A stretch of 64,000 nt of DNA from Mobula birostris (lineage: Eukaryota). Shown here piece by piece: positions 1 to 10,560 of this stretch (the first letter of the stretch is position 1; each line of letters starts with the position of its first letter). A program made the translations under genes and the position numbers. The notes under the pieces were generated by a model, which worked only from the letters and a program-made list of their open reading frames with translations, had not been told where the DNA came from and did no database searches. Location of the stretch: positions 180,189,487 to 180,253,486 of the forward strand of contig NC_092374.1 in NCBI RefSeq assembly GCF_030028105.1, in the 5' to 3' direction.

Positions 1-39
1 TTTCAAATTATAAACAATGTGTCTGCAGAACTGAGACTG

Positions 40-119
40 CAGGGGTTACCAATCTTTTTTACACCATGGACCAATACCATTGAGCAAGGGGTCAGTGGAC
101 CCTGAGTTGGGAACCCCTG
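40..119. mobile_element. 80-bp hAT-type MITE
   Basis: TIRs CAGGGGTTACCAA ... GTTGGGAACCCCTG. Same family as 56468-56546 and 59098-59177. No TSD visible here. Confidence 0.75.
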
Positions 120-224
120 GTCCAAAGTCTCACCCACTACACTACTACATTTGAAGCACCGATCCTGTCTTTTAATCAGAGGGTATTTTGGGAAGTGTGA
201 TCACAACTCCTTAAGGTTTAACAA

Positions 225-790
225 ACACAAAAAAATCTGTAAATGCTGGAAATCCAAAACAACACACCCAAAATACTGGAGGAACTCAGCAGAATAAAGC
301 AGAATCTATGGAAAAGAGTATAGTTGACGTTTCAGACCGAGACCCTTCATCGAGACTGAAAAGAAAGAGAAGTCAGAGTAAGAAGGTGGGGGGAGGGGAG
401 GAAGACGTACAAGGTGGAGGTGATAGGTAAAACCATTTCTCATTCCTGTTACCCTCTCTCACCTAGCCTCCTTACCTGTCCATCGCCTCCCGCTGGTACT
501 CATCCCTCTTCCTTTTCTTCCATGGTCTTCTATCCTCTCCTATCAGATTCCCCCTTCTCCAGCCTTTTATCTCTTTCCCTAATCAACTTCCCAGCTCTTT
601 ACTTCACCCCTCCCCCATCCAGGTTTCATCTTTCACCTTCCACTTTGTACGTCTTCCTTCCCTCCCCCCACCTTCTCAGTCTGACCTCTTCCTTTACCAG
701 TCCTGGCCAAGGCTCTTGGCCCAAAACGTCAACTGCTTGTTCTTTTCCAATAGATGCTGCCTAGCCTGCTGAGTTCCTCCAGCATATTAT
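225..790. mobile_element. Penelope-like element ends, inverted pair
   Basis: The 'aaatgctggaaatcc...ggaggaactcagcag...gacgtttcagaccgagacccttcatc' block is followed by its reverse complement (698-790). Both halves carry a decayed hammerhead motif. Confidence 0.75.
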
Positions 791-1460
791 GTGTGTTCCT
801 CACAGTTTAAGATAGTTATGGATAAATCTGGACCTTGAGAAGAATTAAATTGGGGCAGATCAAATTAGATCCCCTGCATCTTAATTTTCTGGATCAGCCT
901 CCAATGAGAGATCTTGTCAAATGCTATTGCAAGTTTATGCAGACAACAATTACTGTACTGTTCTCATCAATCACCTTCATCAGCTTCCTCAAGTCATGTC
1001 AGAGTCCGATGACATTTGGAAGATCATTAATAACGCCTCCACAATCTCAACTGCTACCTCTTGCAGAACGCTAGGGTGCGGTTCATCTGGTCCCGGTAAC
1101 TTATGTAGCCTTAGGTCTTTCAGCTTTTTGTGCACCTTGTAATAGTAACTGGACTCACTTCTCTTCCCTCACACCCTTCAACATCTGGCACACTGCTAGT
1201 GTCTTCCACAGTGAAGACTGACGCAGAATACTCATTTAGTTCACCAGCTATCTGCTTGTCCCCTGTTATTACTCTTCCAGCCCTATAGCTACTCTCATCT
1301 CTCTTATATTTTTTTACATTCTTGAAAAAGCTTTTATTATCCGCTTTGATATTATTTGCTAGCTTGCTTTCATATTTCATCTTTTCCCATCTAATGACTC
1401 TTTTAATTGCTCCTTGTAGGTTTCTAAAAGCTTCCTAATCCTATATAACCATATAACAAT
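790..1460 (-). mobile_element. CR1 LINE ORF2 fragment
   Basis: ORF 1120-1380 YESKLANNIKADNKSFFKNVK resembles the CR1 EN-RT linker. Confidence 0.7.
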
Positions 1461-1470
1461 TACAGCATGG

Positions 1471-2487
1471 TGTTACGTACCCCGTAACTGGGTTGTCAAA
1501 CCAGTAGAAACGGAACACTCGTTGGAGTCTGTGATTACTAGAAACTAGTAAAGTTTTATTAACAAAAATAAGTAATACAGTACACTAACCGCAAGGATAT
1601 AAATGTAACAGGTTAGCAATGATAGTACACAGACACAGGGTAATAGGAATCAACCAAGCTCTATTGCAATCTAGGGGTAAAATGATCAGTCTTAGGTGAA
1701 GCAGAGTTCAGTTCGAAGTAATCGCTGCGCAGTTNNNNNNNNNNNNNNNNNNNNNNNNNNNNNNNNNNNNNNNNNNNNNNNNNNNNNNNNNNNNNNNNNN
1801 NNNNNNNNNNNNNNNNNNNNNNNNNNNNNNNNNNNNNNNNNNNNNNNNNNNNNNNNNNNNNNNNNNNNNNNNNNNNNNNNNNNNNNNNNNNNNNNNNNNN
1901 NNNNNNNNNNNNNNNNNNNNNNNNNNNNNNNNNNNNNNNNNNNNNNNNNNNNNNNNNNNNNNNNNNNNNNGGTTTCAGGCAAACCTTTCGATGCCTTCCA
2001 ATCCCGCTGTGGTCACCGACTGTGACCCCTCTGGTCCGGATGTGACCATTCTTCCGTGGTGAAGCCGGCACCCAGGCAAGGGCGGACACACATCTCCCCA
2101 CCGGTCGTACCTTTACACCCTGTGAGCCTCTGACCGATTCCCACGAATCGGTCCTCCAAACTCCCACTAACTTGTGGGGCACAATACTCTTTCCAGGGTC
2201 TCGTGGCATGTGTACTGTGCCTTAGAAAACCTGCTATTTTTATTCCCCTGATGGGGTATCACCTGTCCATCAAACTTCACACTTCCTATTGTCTCAGCAG
2301 GATTATCAATGAACAGTTCAGGTTCAAAGCAAACTGTGGCAGACGCCAACATACTGAATTATGTGTCTCTCTCTCATTATCTCTCTCTTCTCTCTTATTA
2401 GCATTTTGAATGGCTCGCCGTTGTCTCTCGTTATCTCTCTCATTAACATCATCTGTTCTGCGGCTCTGCTTGGCTTCACACATGACA
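1471..2487. mobile_element. Solo LTR (contains an assembly gap)
   Basis: TGTTAC...TGACA termini interrupt the CR1 tail 'acaattacagca(c)gg|aaacaggcc'. Flanks ATGG/ACAG are consistent with a CpG-decayed ACGG TSD. Confidence 0.65.
1735..1970. other. Assembly gap
   Basis: Run of N. Confidence 1.
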
Positions 2488-2849
2488 ACAGAAACAGGCC
2501 ATCTCGTCCTTTTCTGTCTGTGCTGAACTCTTACCCTATCCTATTCCCACTGACCTGCACTCAGCCCATAACCCTCCATTCCTTTCCTATCCATATATCT
2601 ATCCAATTTAACTTTAAACAACATCCTCTGGCTTCTGACTAAATTTTGCTTTGTTGTATGCCCTCTCTTTTGCTTTTACAGTAGTTTTGACTTCCCTTGT
2701 CAGTCACAGTTGTACTATTTTGCCATTTGAGTGTTTCTTTGTTTTTTGAATACATGTATCTTGCACCTTAATGGCAGGAGGATTTTGGAGTTCGAGCTTA
2801 CAGAAAGAAATTTCTCAGTATAGTCTGGAAAAGATGGCTTTCCTTCATT

Positions 2850-3360
2850 GTTCAGGGTATTGAGTTTAAGACTAAAGGAGTTATGAAGAAAGATTAGGCT
2901 GCCCTTGCAGTATTGTGTACAATTCTGGTTGCCCCATTATAGGAAAGATGTGGAGGCTTTGGAGAAGGCGCAGAAGATGATCACCAGGATGCTTCCCGGA
3001 AAGAGGATACTTGCCGTTAAGCGGAGATTCAACAAACTTGGGATTGTTCTCTTTGGAGCATCGGAAGCTGTGGGGAGAACTGCAAGAGGTTCTAAAATTA
3101 TGCAAGCAAGGTAAAAAGGGGAAAGTGGAAAGATAATGTGAGGGGCAGAATAAGAGTAATCAATTGTCTCAGAGGACTGTGGAGGCCAAGCCACTGGGTG
3201 TATTTAAGGCAGAGTTTGGTAAGTGGATAGGTGAGGAGTTAAGCATTACATTGAGAAAGCAGGCGAATGGAGCTGAAAAACGTTGGTCAGAACTGAATGG
3301 CAGAGCAGATTTGAGGGGTGAAATGGCCAAATTCTGTTCCTATATATTTTATAGTCTCTT
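2850..3360 (+). mobile_element. CR1 LINE 3' fragment
   Basis: QYCVQFWLPHYRKDVEALEKAQ is the CR1 RT C-terminal signature. Confidence 0.8.
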
Positions 3361-4019
3361 ATAAAGAGGCAAAAGTGTTTTAACTTAGTTTGACGTTGTG
3401 TTCGGCACCAATATATCGGGTTAAAGGGCCTGTTCCTGTACTGCTTTGTTCTGTCCTCTACCCACCTACCCACTGAAATGACTGGGAAACCTGGGATCAC
3501 CTACACTCAGTGGAACCTGGTGTGTTGCTCTGCTGCTGCCCCGCAGGCCAACCCACTTCAAGGGTCTACGTGCTGCGCGTTCAGAGATGCTCTTTTGCGC
3601 ACCACTGTTGAAACGTTGATTATTTGAGCAACTGTTACCTCCCTGTCAACTTGAACCAGTCCGGCCATTCTCCTCTGACCTCTCTCATTAACACGGCATT
3701 TTCACCCACAGAACAGCTGCTCACTGGATGCTTTTTGTTTTTCGCACCATTCTCTGTAACTTCTGGAGACTGTTGCACATGAAAACCCCAGCAGATCAGC
3801 AGTTTCTGAGATACTCAGACCACCCCATCTGGCACCAACAATCATTTTCATGGTCAAAGTCGCTCAGATCACATTTCTTCCCCATTCTGGTGTTTGGTCT
3901 GAAAAGCAACTGAACCTGTTGACCATGTCTGCATGCTTTTATGCATCGAGGTGCTGCCACATGATTGACTAATTAGGTACTTGCATTAAAGAGCAGGCAT
4001 ACAGTGTGTACCTAATAAG

Positions 4020-5240
4020 ACCATAACATATAGGAGCAGAATTAGGCCATTCGGCCCATTGCATCTGCCACCATTCCATTATGGCTGATTAATTATCTCT
4101 CTCAACCCAGTTCTCCTGTCTTCTTCTGGTAATCTTTGGCACCCTGATTAATCAAGAACTTTCTGCCTCTGCCTTGAATATACCCAATGGCTTGGCCTAC
4201 ACAGCCGACTGTGGCAATGAATTCCATAGATTCCTGTGGCTAAAGAAATTTTTCCTCATCCCTCACTTTTGAGACTGTGCCCTCTGGCCCTTGACTCTCC
4301 CACAATAGGAAACATCCTCTCCACATCCACTGTATCCAGGTCTTTTTATATTTTATTTGTTTCAATTAGATCCCCACTCATTCTTCTAAATTACAGGCCC
4401 AGAACCATCAAATGCTTCTAATGAATTAACCTCCTCTCACCATCTCCAATACTTCAAGCGTAGTCTGACCAATGCCTCATAAAGCCACAACATTACATCC
4501 TTGCTTTTGTATGCTCATCCTCTCAAAATGAATGCTAATATTACACTTGCCCTCCTCACCACATTATCATGTTCTTCCCTCTGCTTACGTGTGACATAAG
4601 CAGCAATCGAGCTTGCCACCCTGGAGGTCCAGCTTTTCAGCTTTCCACCTACCTCCCTATATTCTCTCTTCAGGACTTCCTCCCTTTCCCCACTTAAGTT
4701 GTTGGTACCAATAGGTATCGTGACTTCCAGCTGTTCAATTTCCCCTTCAGAATACAACGGACCCTATCTGAGACATCTCTGATCACGGCATCTAGGAGGC
4801 AATATGCCGTCCAGGTGTCTCTTTCAGATCCACGAAATCTGCTTTCTGCTCCTCTAATTAAGGAATGTCCGATTACTACTACATTCCTCTTCTCCCGCCT
4901 TCCTCTCTAAGCTACAGTCATACTCAGTGCCAGAGACCTGGTCACTGCAGCTGTCCCTGGTGCGCCATCCAAAGCAGTACACTTATTAGAGAGGGGAATA
5001 GCACTGGCTGCCTATTCTCTCTCCCTCTCCTGACAGTCACCCAGGTACCAGTCTCCTGCAACTTAGGGGTGACTACCTCTCTGGAGCTCCTATCTATCAC
5101 CTCTGTACAAGGTGCAGGTCATCTATCTGCATCCCCAGTTTCTTAACATGGTCTCTAAGGAGAAGTGGCTCAATGTATTTTGTGTAGTTGTAGTTATCAG
5201 GGTGACAGGTAGTCTCTCAGAGTTCCCACATCTCAAATAA
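4020..5240 (-). mobile_element. CR1 LINE fragments (3' end plus ORF1/esterase-like part)
   Basis: CR1 tail 'ccataacatataggagcagaattaggccattcggccc'. ORF 4515-4757 (VTIPIGTNNL...EVLKREYREVGGKLKSWTSRV) resembles CR1 ORF1. Confidence 0.65.
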
Positions 5241-5459
5241 AGAACATGCCACTGCCTCAGCTCCATTCTCAGTGCACTAGATATGTATCATCAGAAGGGA
5301 AAAAAACACTGATCAGAAATTACTTAGAGCCTGCATCTGTGCTTGTCCAAATCTGTTCTCACCTCTGTCTGTTAAGCCAAAGCTGGATCACTCCAACACT
5401 GCCCCGCTCCAACAAGGTCCACTCTGCTTACACCTCCTTTCTATTTATTGGCCTTGCAC

Positions 5460-5650
5460 TGATCGTAGCCTGCCCAAAACAAAAGCCGAAAGCACCTGAG
5501 CTCTTCTTAAACCTCGTGCTGCATTATCATTGAAGACCTCTTGCGCTGATTGAAGCCTGCGAAAGAAAACCAAATTCTCCCAAGCTCCTTTTAAACCTCA
5601 CACTGTATCACCAACAAATGACCTCGCGCTCTGACTGCAGCCCAAAAAGC
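5460..5650. repeat. Degenerate ~86-bp tandem repeat (about 2.2 units)
   Basis: Units start tgatcgtagcc / tgattgaagcc / tgactgcagcc and share ttaaacctc and gacctc. Confidence 0.5.
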
Positions 5651-5717
5651 ACAGATTCAGCCTCAGCATGGCTTCAATTGGTAAAATGGGAATAAACATT
5701 GGAGATGGGGGACTCAC

Positions 5718-5975
5718 CACGTGAATGATTGGTTTGAGACATTATGAATGAAGCAAATTGTTTCAGTGTAATCTGCCGACTCTTGACAAATTCCAGCTTC
5801 CTCTTCCACCACTTGACCCCCTCACTCTTACTCATCCACTGGTCCTGGAGAACCAACGGCTGATCACTGTTGTAGGTCATGAACTTGACGCCGTCCACAT
5901 AGCCCACAGACAGAAACTGCGGGAAGTCGGGAATCTCAAATGTGGAGGTCACAAGAAATTGGAGGAGATGAGAGG
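5718..5975 (-). CDS. MHC class I heavy chain alpha1-domain exon (nonclassical)
   Basis: 258-nt phase 1-1 exon with acceptor ctctctttttcag| and donor |gtgagt. Encodes xSHLLQFLVTSTFEIPDFPQFLSVGYVDGVKFMTYNSDQPLVLQDQWMSKSEGVKWWKRKLEFVKSRQITLKQFASFIMSQTNHSR. Has the class I hallmarks P-x-F-x-x-VGYVD, W51, W60 and the N86 sequon (NHS). Confidence 0.95.
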
Positions 5976-6049
5976 CTGAAAAAGAGAGGGGATGAAATGC
6001 AGTCAGTTCACTGAATGAGATAACGTGTCAAGATGCAGACACCAAGTCA

Positions 6050-6880
6050 CAGTCTGTGACAGGTGAAGAGATGGGGGTTCAGCACCCCGTCCCTTCAACA
6101 GATGGGGGCAGGGTGTGAATGGCGGGGTGGGTAGTCTGTCTGGTGCTGTGTACCTTCCCCCTGACCTCAGTATGTGCCAAAGACACACACTTAAGGCTCC
6201 CAATCCCATCCCTAGTTTTCTTTCCTCACATTGAGCAGAGGCAGATCAGACATTCCCAGGAGTCAGTAGGGAATGCTGCATCTCCTCACTGAGTCTTGGA
6301 ACTTACCCTTGAACCTTTTCCTCTGCCCACTCGGAGATCTGATCTCCTGGACAGAGCTTGGGATGGGGTCTGGGGTAGGACTTGTGAATGAGGTGACTTG
6401 CCTCATCAGAGCGGACTCAGTGTGACCAGGGTCGCGGGATGAGGATGCATGTCTGGGATGGGTCGCTAATGCCAGTTCCCTGACCCTTCCCGTGGGTTCA
6501 GGGGATTCTGTGGTGACGGTGTTGGTGGTGTTTTCCAGCGCCAGGAGATGAGTAGCCCCACGTTTCAGAAGCACACACGAGGGCAGGGGTCACTGTTGTC
6601 CAGTCAACCACAAGTTTTATGCCACATCTGCAGCCTTGATCTTCACCCACCCTTCCCTTTTCCTGATTGACCAACTCTTGTTCCGCTCACAGAGGGTGAA
6701 GTACCATTCTCCACGTTTGCCGTCACCAAGTGCTGTTTTCTGGCACAAGGGAAGTAATCCATTTTCCAGGGTCTCCCCGTGAGCCCTTGGGGAGATCAGC
6801 TCTGGTGGTCAGTTCGTTGGAACGAGATGCAACATCAGAGAAAAGTGGGTCCTGAGGGAAATGACACTACACACCCTCAT
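6050..6880 (-). mobile_element. Old RTE-clade LINE 3' fragment in class I intron 1
   Basis: Frameshifted RTE motifs: cctgccctcgtgtgtgcttctgaaacgtgg (PALLYASETW-like) and RSPSGQRKRFK (RTE GGQRKRFKD-like), followed by an RTE-like C-terminus and 3' end. Confidence 0.75.
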
Positions 6881-6920
6881 CCAATACCGGACTTCACTGA
6901 GGTTAGTGCCGGTCCATGAT

Positions 6921-7260
6921 GAAACACACACACACACTCTCTCTCAGAGACACACACACACACACACACTCTCTCTCTCTCTCTCACACACACACTCTCT
7001 CTCTCTCAGACACTCTCTCTCTGACACACACACACAAACTCTCTCACACACACANNNNNNNNNNNNNNNNNNNNNNNNNNNNNNNNNNNNNNNNNNNNNN
7101 NNNNNNNNNNNNNNNNNNNNNNNNNNNNNNNNNNNNNNNNNNNNNNNNNNNNNNNNNNNNNNNNNNNNNNNNNNNNNNNNNNNNNNNNNNNNNNNNNNNN
7201 NNNNNNNNNNNNNNNNNNNNNNNNNNNNCACTCCCACACAGACACACGCACTCAGACACA
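6921..7260. repeat. (CA)n/(CT)n compound microsatellite spanning a gap (N 7055-7228)
   Basis: Direct reading. Confidence 0.95.
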
Positions 7261-7268
7261 AGCCTCAC

Positions 7269-7395
7269 CTTTTCTCCCGCTCCAGTCTCCAGCTGTATCT
7301 CGCCTCTCTCCCAGCCCCGTCACTGACTTTACACTTGTCTGAAAGCAGACATTCCACCTCTCCCGGAAGTTCCAGGAGTCTCGCGCATATCGATA
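7269..7395 (-). promoter_or_regulatory. Intronic CpG patch resembling a housekeeping promoter and non-coding first exon
   Basis: ETS/GABP CCGGAAGT at 7363-7370, TCTCGCG at 7379-7385, donor AAAG|gtgagg at 7269/7268, followed by a GT-rich tract. No productive ATG. Confidence 0.35.
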
Positions 7396-7439
7396 GTGGC
7401 TCCCTGACACCCGAAAATTATATACAATATCCCAGAAAT

Positions 7440-7863
7440 AGATTTTTTTGAGAGCGAGAGAATGTAAATGTCAGCCCAGATCAGAGGCGATTTGCATCGT
7501 CTCTGATCTGGGCCGATATTTACGTGCAGGGCGGCACCTAATCAATTAGCTTGTTTATTTCGGCTTTTTTCTTAAAGATGGGCTGGGTGCGTTCTGGCTA
7601 CCACTGCATGCTTCACGGCCCGGAGGTTTGGGACCACTGTTATGATTGACTTATCAATACATTCACGCGAGGAAAATATGTGCTGTGTGTTTAATATTAA
7701 ATTCGTTAGATTAAACCCCTTTAGGAACTAAATTGAGTGTATTAGCCACTTACTAGTGACTTACAGTTGACTTATCACCTCCGCCACCCCCGGGTCGGCC
7801 GGTCCGCGAGAATATTGCCAATATTAAACCGGTGCGCGGTGCAAAAAAGGTTGGGGACCCCTG
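7440..7863. mobile_element. Nested hAT MITE fragments
   Basis: TIR-like ends 'ggtttgggaccactg' (~7629) and 'ggttggggacccctg' (7863). The interior 'aatattgccaatattaaaccgg' is shared with 26821-27026. Confidence 0.7.
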
Positions 7864-8230
7864 ATTTAAACTAGCTGGCTAGCTGCCACGGAGCTACGCT
7901 ATTGATGTCCTACGTGATGAGGCCAAACTCCCTGTAGACTAGCTTAAAGTTGTAATAGAATAAACATAATATAAGTACATATCTTAATGTCACACATACA
8001 CAACTTGGTTTACAGATTAGACAAAATCACTAAACAAAGTATTACATACATCCTTGGAGGTCGAGGTCGACGGGGGGGGGGGGGGTGCAGATATGGGGTT
8101 GCGGACGGCGGAGTGCTACCTCCCTGAAATGGGTTTTTGCAGGGTGGGATGTCTGTGAAAGGAAACTCCTTCCCCAGGCTCGACCCCCCCCCCCCCCACC
8201 ACACTGACCCTTCCCCACACCATCACTTAC

Positions 8231-8294
8231 GTGCGGAGGCCTCTCCACGCTGGAAGACGAACACTATCAACACCGCTCTCAAGGACGCTTCCAT
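8231..8294 (-). CDS. MHC class I leader (signal peptide) exon
   Basis: ATG at 8294 encodes MEASLRAVLIVFVFQRGEASA plus 1 nt, then donor |gtaagt. Phase 1 joins in frame to the alpha1 exon. Normal n/h/c regions with A-x-A. Confidence 0.9.
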
Positions 8295-8321
8295 TTCTCG
8301 GAACTGAAAAAAATTCACGGC

Positions 8322-8417
8322 AGAAGCGAAACTAACCAGCATATAACCATATAAGGTTTTGGTCCAATCAGAAACATCAGTAGACGGCGTGTCACCAGTC
8401 TCCGGGTAGAAGAGCAC
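8322..8417 (-). promoter_or_regulatory. MHC class I promoter: X1-X2 box, Y box, TATA-like element, ISRE
   Basis: CTTCTACCCGGAGACTGGTGACACG resembles the HLA class I X1X2 as I recall it (CTTCTTCCAGGATACTCGTGACGCG). Y box CTGATTGG at 8364-8371, TTATAT near 8341-8353, ISRE-like AGTTTCGCTTCT at 8322-8333. Confidence 0.8.
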
Positions 8418-8439
8418 TGAGGACGCGGTGAGCTCAAAA

Positions 8440-9970
8440 CTTCAAAATAAGTTCATTACCAAAGCACGTTGTGTCATCATATACTACTCTAAGATTCAGT
8501 TTCTTGCGAGTAGAACAAATAAACATAGAAAACCTAGAGCTCAATACAGGCTCTTCGGCTCACAATGCTGTGCCGAACACGTACTTTAGAAGTTACCTCG
8601 GGTTACCCATAGCCCTCTATTTTTTTTAAGCTCCACGTACCTTGTACTGTTAAGAATTACAATCGAATCATTGAAAATATTACACACAAAGACTGACCAA
8701 CAACCAATGTGCAAAAGATGGCAAACTGTGCAAATACAGTACAAAAATAATATAAAATACAAACGTTTGTAATATCAAGGATATAAGTTGACTTGTAGAG
8801 TCCTTGAAAGTGAGCCCACAGGTTAGGGAATCAGTTCAGTGCAGAAGTGAGTGAGGTTATCCACACTGGATCAGGAGCCTGATTGTTGAAGAGTAGTAAC
8901 TATTCCTGAACCTGACGGTGTGGGACCTAAGATATCTGTACCTCCTTCCCAATGGCATCAGTGAGAATAGAGCTTGGCCCGGACTGTGGGGTTCCTAGAT
9001 GGCAGATGCTGCTTTCTTGTGGCAGTGTTCCTTGTAAATGTGCTCAGTGGTGGGAAGGGCTTTCCTCTGGACTGTATCCACTACTGTTCAGAGGCTTTTC
9101 CATTCTTAGGCATTGGAGTTCCTGTACTGCACTGTGAGGCAGTCAGGGTACCCTCCACAGTGCATCCACAAAGGCTGGTCAACGTTCTAGATGACATGCT
9201 GACTCTGCACAAACTTCCATGAAAGTAGAAGTACTGCCCGCGTCTTTGTGAATGGGCAAAAGATTTGAGCCTGGAATTTGTTTGCTAATGAGATTGAAAG
9301 ACACAGTCAGAGACCTGATTTGTGCTTCCTCTGTTGTGTTGTCATAATCAAAATCAAGTTTATTGCCATATACACAAATACAAGTACACGTACGCACGTG
9401 TGCAATGAAAATTTTACTTGCAACTGGTGACACTGCTTTGGAGCACCTGGACAACTGTAATACCCATGTCAGGCCAATTACAGAATGGCATTCAACACCA
9501 CCATCCCCTCTGTACTTACAACCAGGCTTCAGAACCTGGGCTTCTGAACCTCTGCAATTGAATCCTTGATTTCCTCACTGGGAGACCACAGTCAGTCCAG
9601 ATTGGAAATAACATGTCCTCACTGACAGTCAACAGAGGCATACCTCCAGTATGGGGGCTTAGTCCGCTGCTCTACGCTCTCTGCACACTGACTGTGAGGC
9701 TAAGCACAGCTCAAATGTCACCGATGATGCCACTGTTGGTAGAATCAATGAGCGAGGTAGATTGCATAGTTGAATTGTGTGGCAACAAGCTTGCACACAT
9801 CAGTACGATCAAGGAACTGAAATTTGCCTTCAAGAGGGGAAGTCAGAACACACACCAGTGCCCATTGAAGTCTTAAATGCAATCTTAAAGATAGCAAGCC
9901 AATGGCTATACTTCATTAAGAATTTGAGGAGATTCAATATGTCACTAAAATACTTGCATTTATGCAAGTT
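8440..9970. mobile_element. Rex1/Babar-type LINE fragments, both orientations
   Basis: Remnants of GxPQGxxLSPLLY-like and FYRCTxESIL-like segments plus the family 3' tails. Confidence 0.65.
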
Positions 9971-10084
9971 TTGTTTAGTTTCTGTTAATTCAAATTTATG
10001 TTAACTTATGCTTATCCTTGTCTTGTAACATACCATGTTACTGTTGCACAATGATAATTTTATGGCATTTATCCTGTGTAAGAA

Positions 10085-10560
10085 TGCCTAGAACCAGGTC
10101 AGGTCACTCGTCTGAGTGCTACTGGTACCACGGAACCCAGTACTACCCGTCGCATGGTCGGCGGTCAGCGTCTAAACCGGCTCCCCCAACAGGCTTGCCT
10201 GGTGAGGAGGGTAGTGAGACACCCTGCAGGACGAAAAACAAGACCTGTCAAAGGGAGGATGAACCCTCTCGTAGGGTCAACGGCCATCTAGCAAACATGT
10301 GCCGTGAAGTGCGGAAAGGGCATCCCTCGCATCGAAGGTTGGTCTAGCTATTCACTGCAACAGAACTTCTCCCAGCCGTCTTGGACCCCACTATGCCGCT
10401 GGATTGGGGAGGGCTCGTCGAGAGGGTGGGTCTGGACCTGTGCAACCCCCTACTCACCTAAAATCCACTCAGGCACACGCTGTTCCTTTCTGAGGAGCAG
10501 AGTGCCACCCCGCTAACTGACTGAAAGGAACCACCATCATCCTATGGGATGGATAGCCAG
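10085..10560 (+). mobile_element. Probable RTE-type LINE 5' UTR fragment
   Basis: GC-rich, non-coding, ending 'gggtctggacctgtgcaaccccctactcacctaaaa', which resembles RTE 5' ends. Confidence 0.35.

Noticed and set aside
1-5700. Class I alpha2/alpha3 exons
   Set aside because: No GC...YDG or CxxxGFYP motifs found on the minus strand; the region is TE-derived. These exons probably lie outside the window.
6003-6209. ORF MGLGALSVCLWHILRSGG as the class I leader
   Set aside because: It lies within the RTE relic, and its plausible donors are phase 2, incompatible with the phase-1 alpha1 acceptor. A proper leader exists at 8231-8294.
10085-10330. HDV-like ribozyme in the RTE-like 5' UTR
   Set aside because: Known for some RTE elements, but I could not fold a convincing nested double pseudoknot by eye. 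An Infernal/RNArobo scan would be needed.
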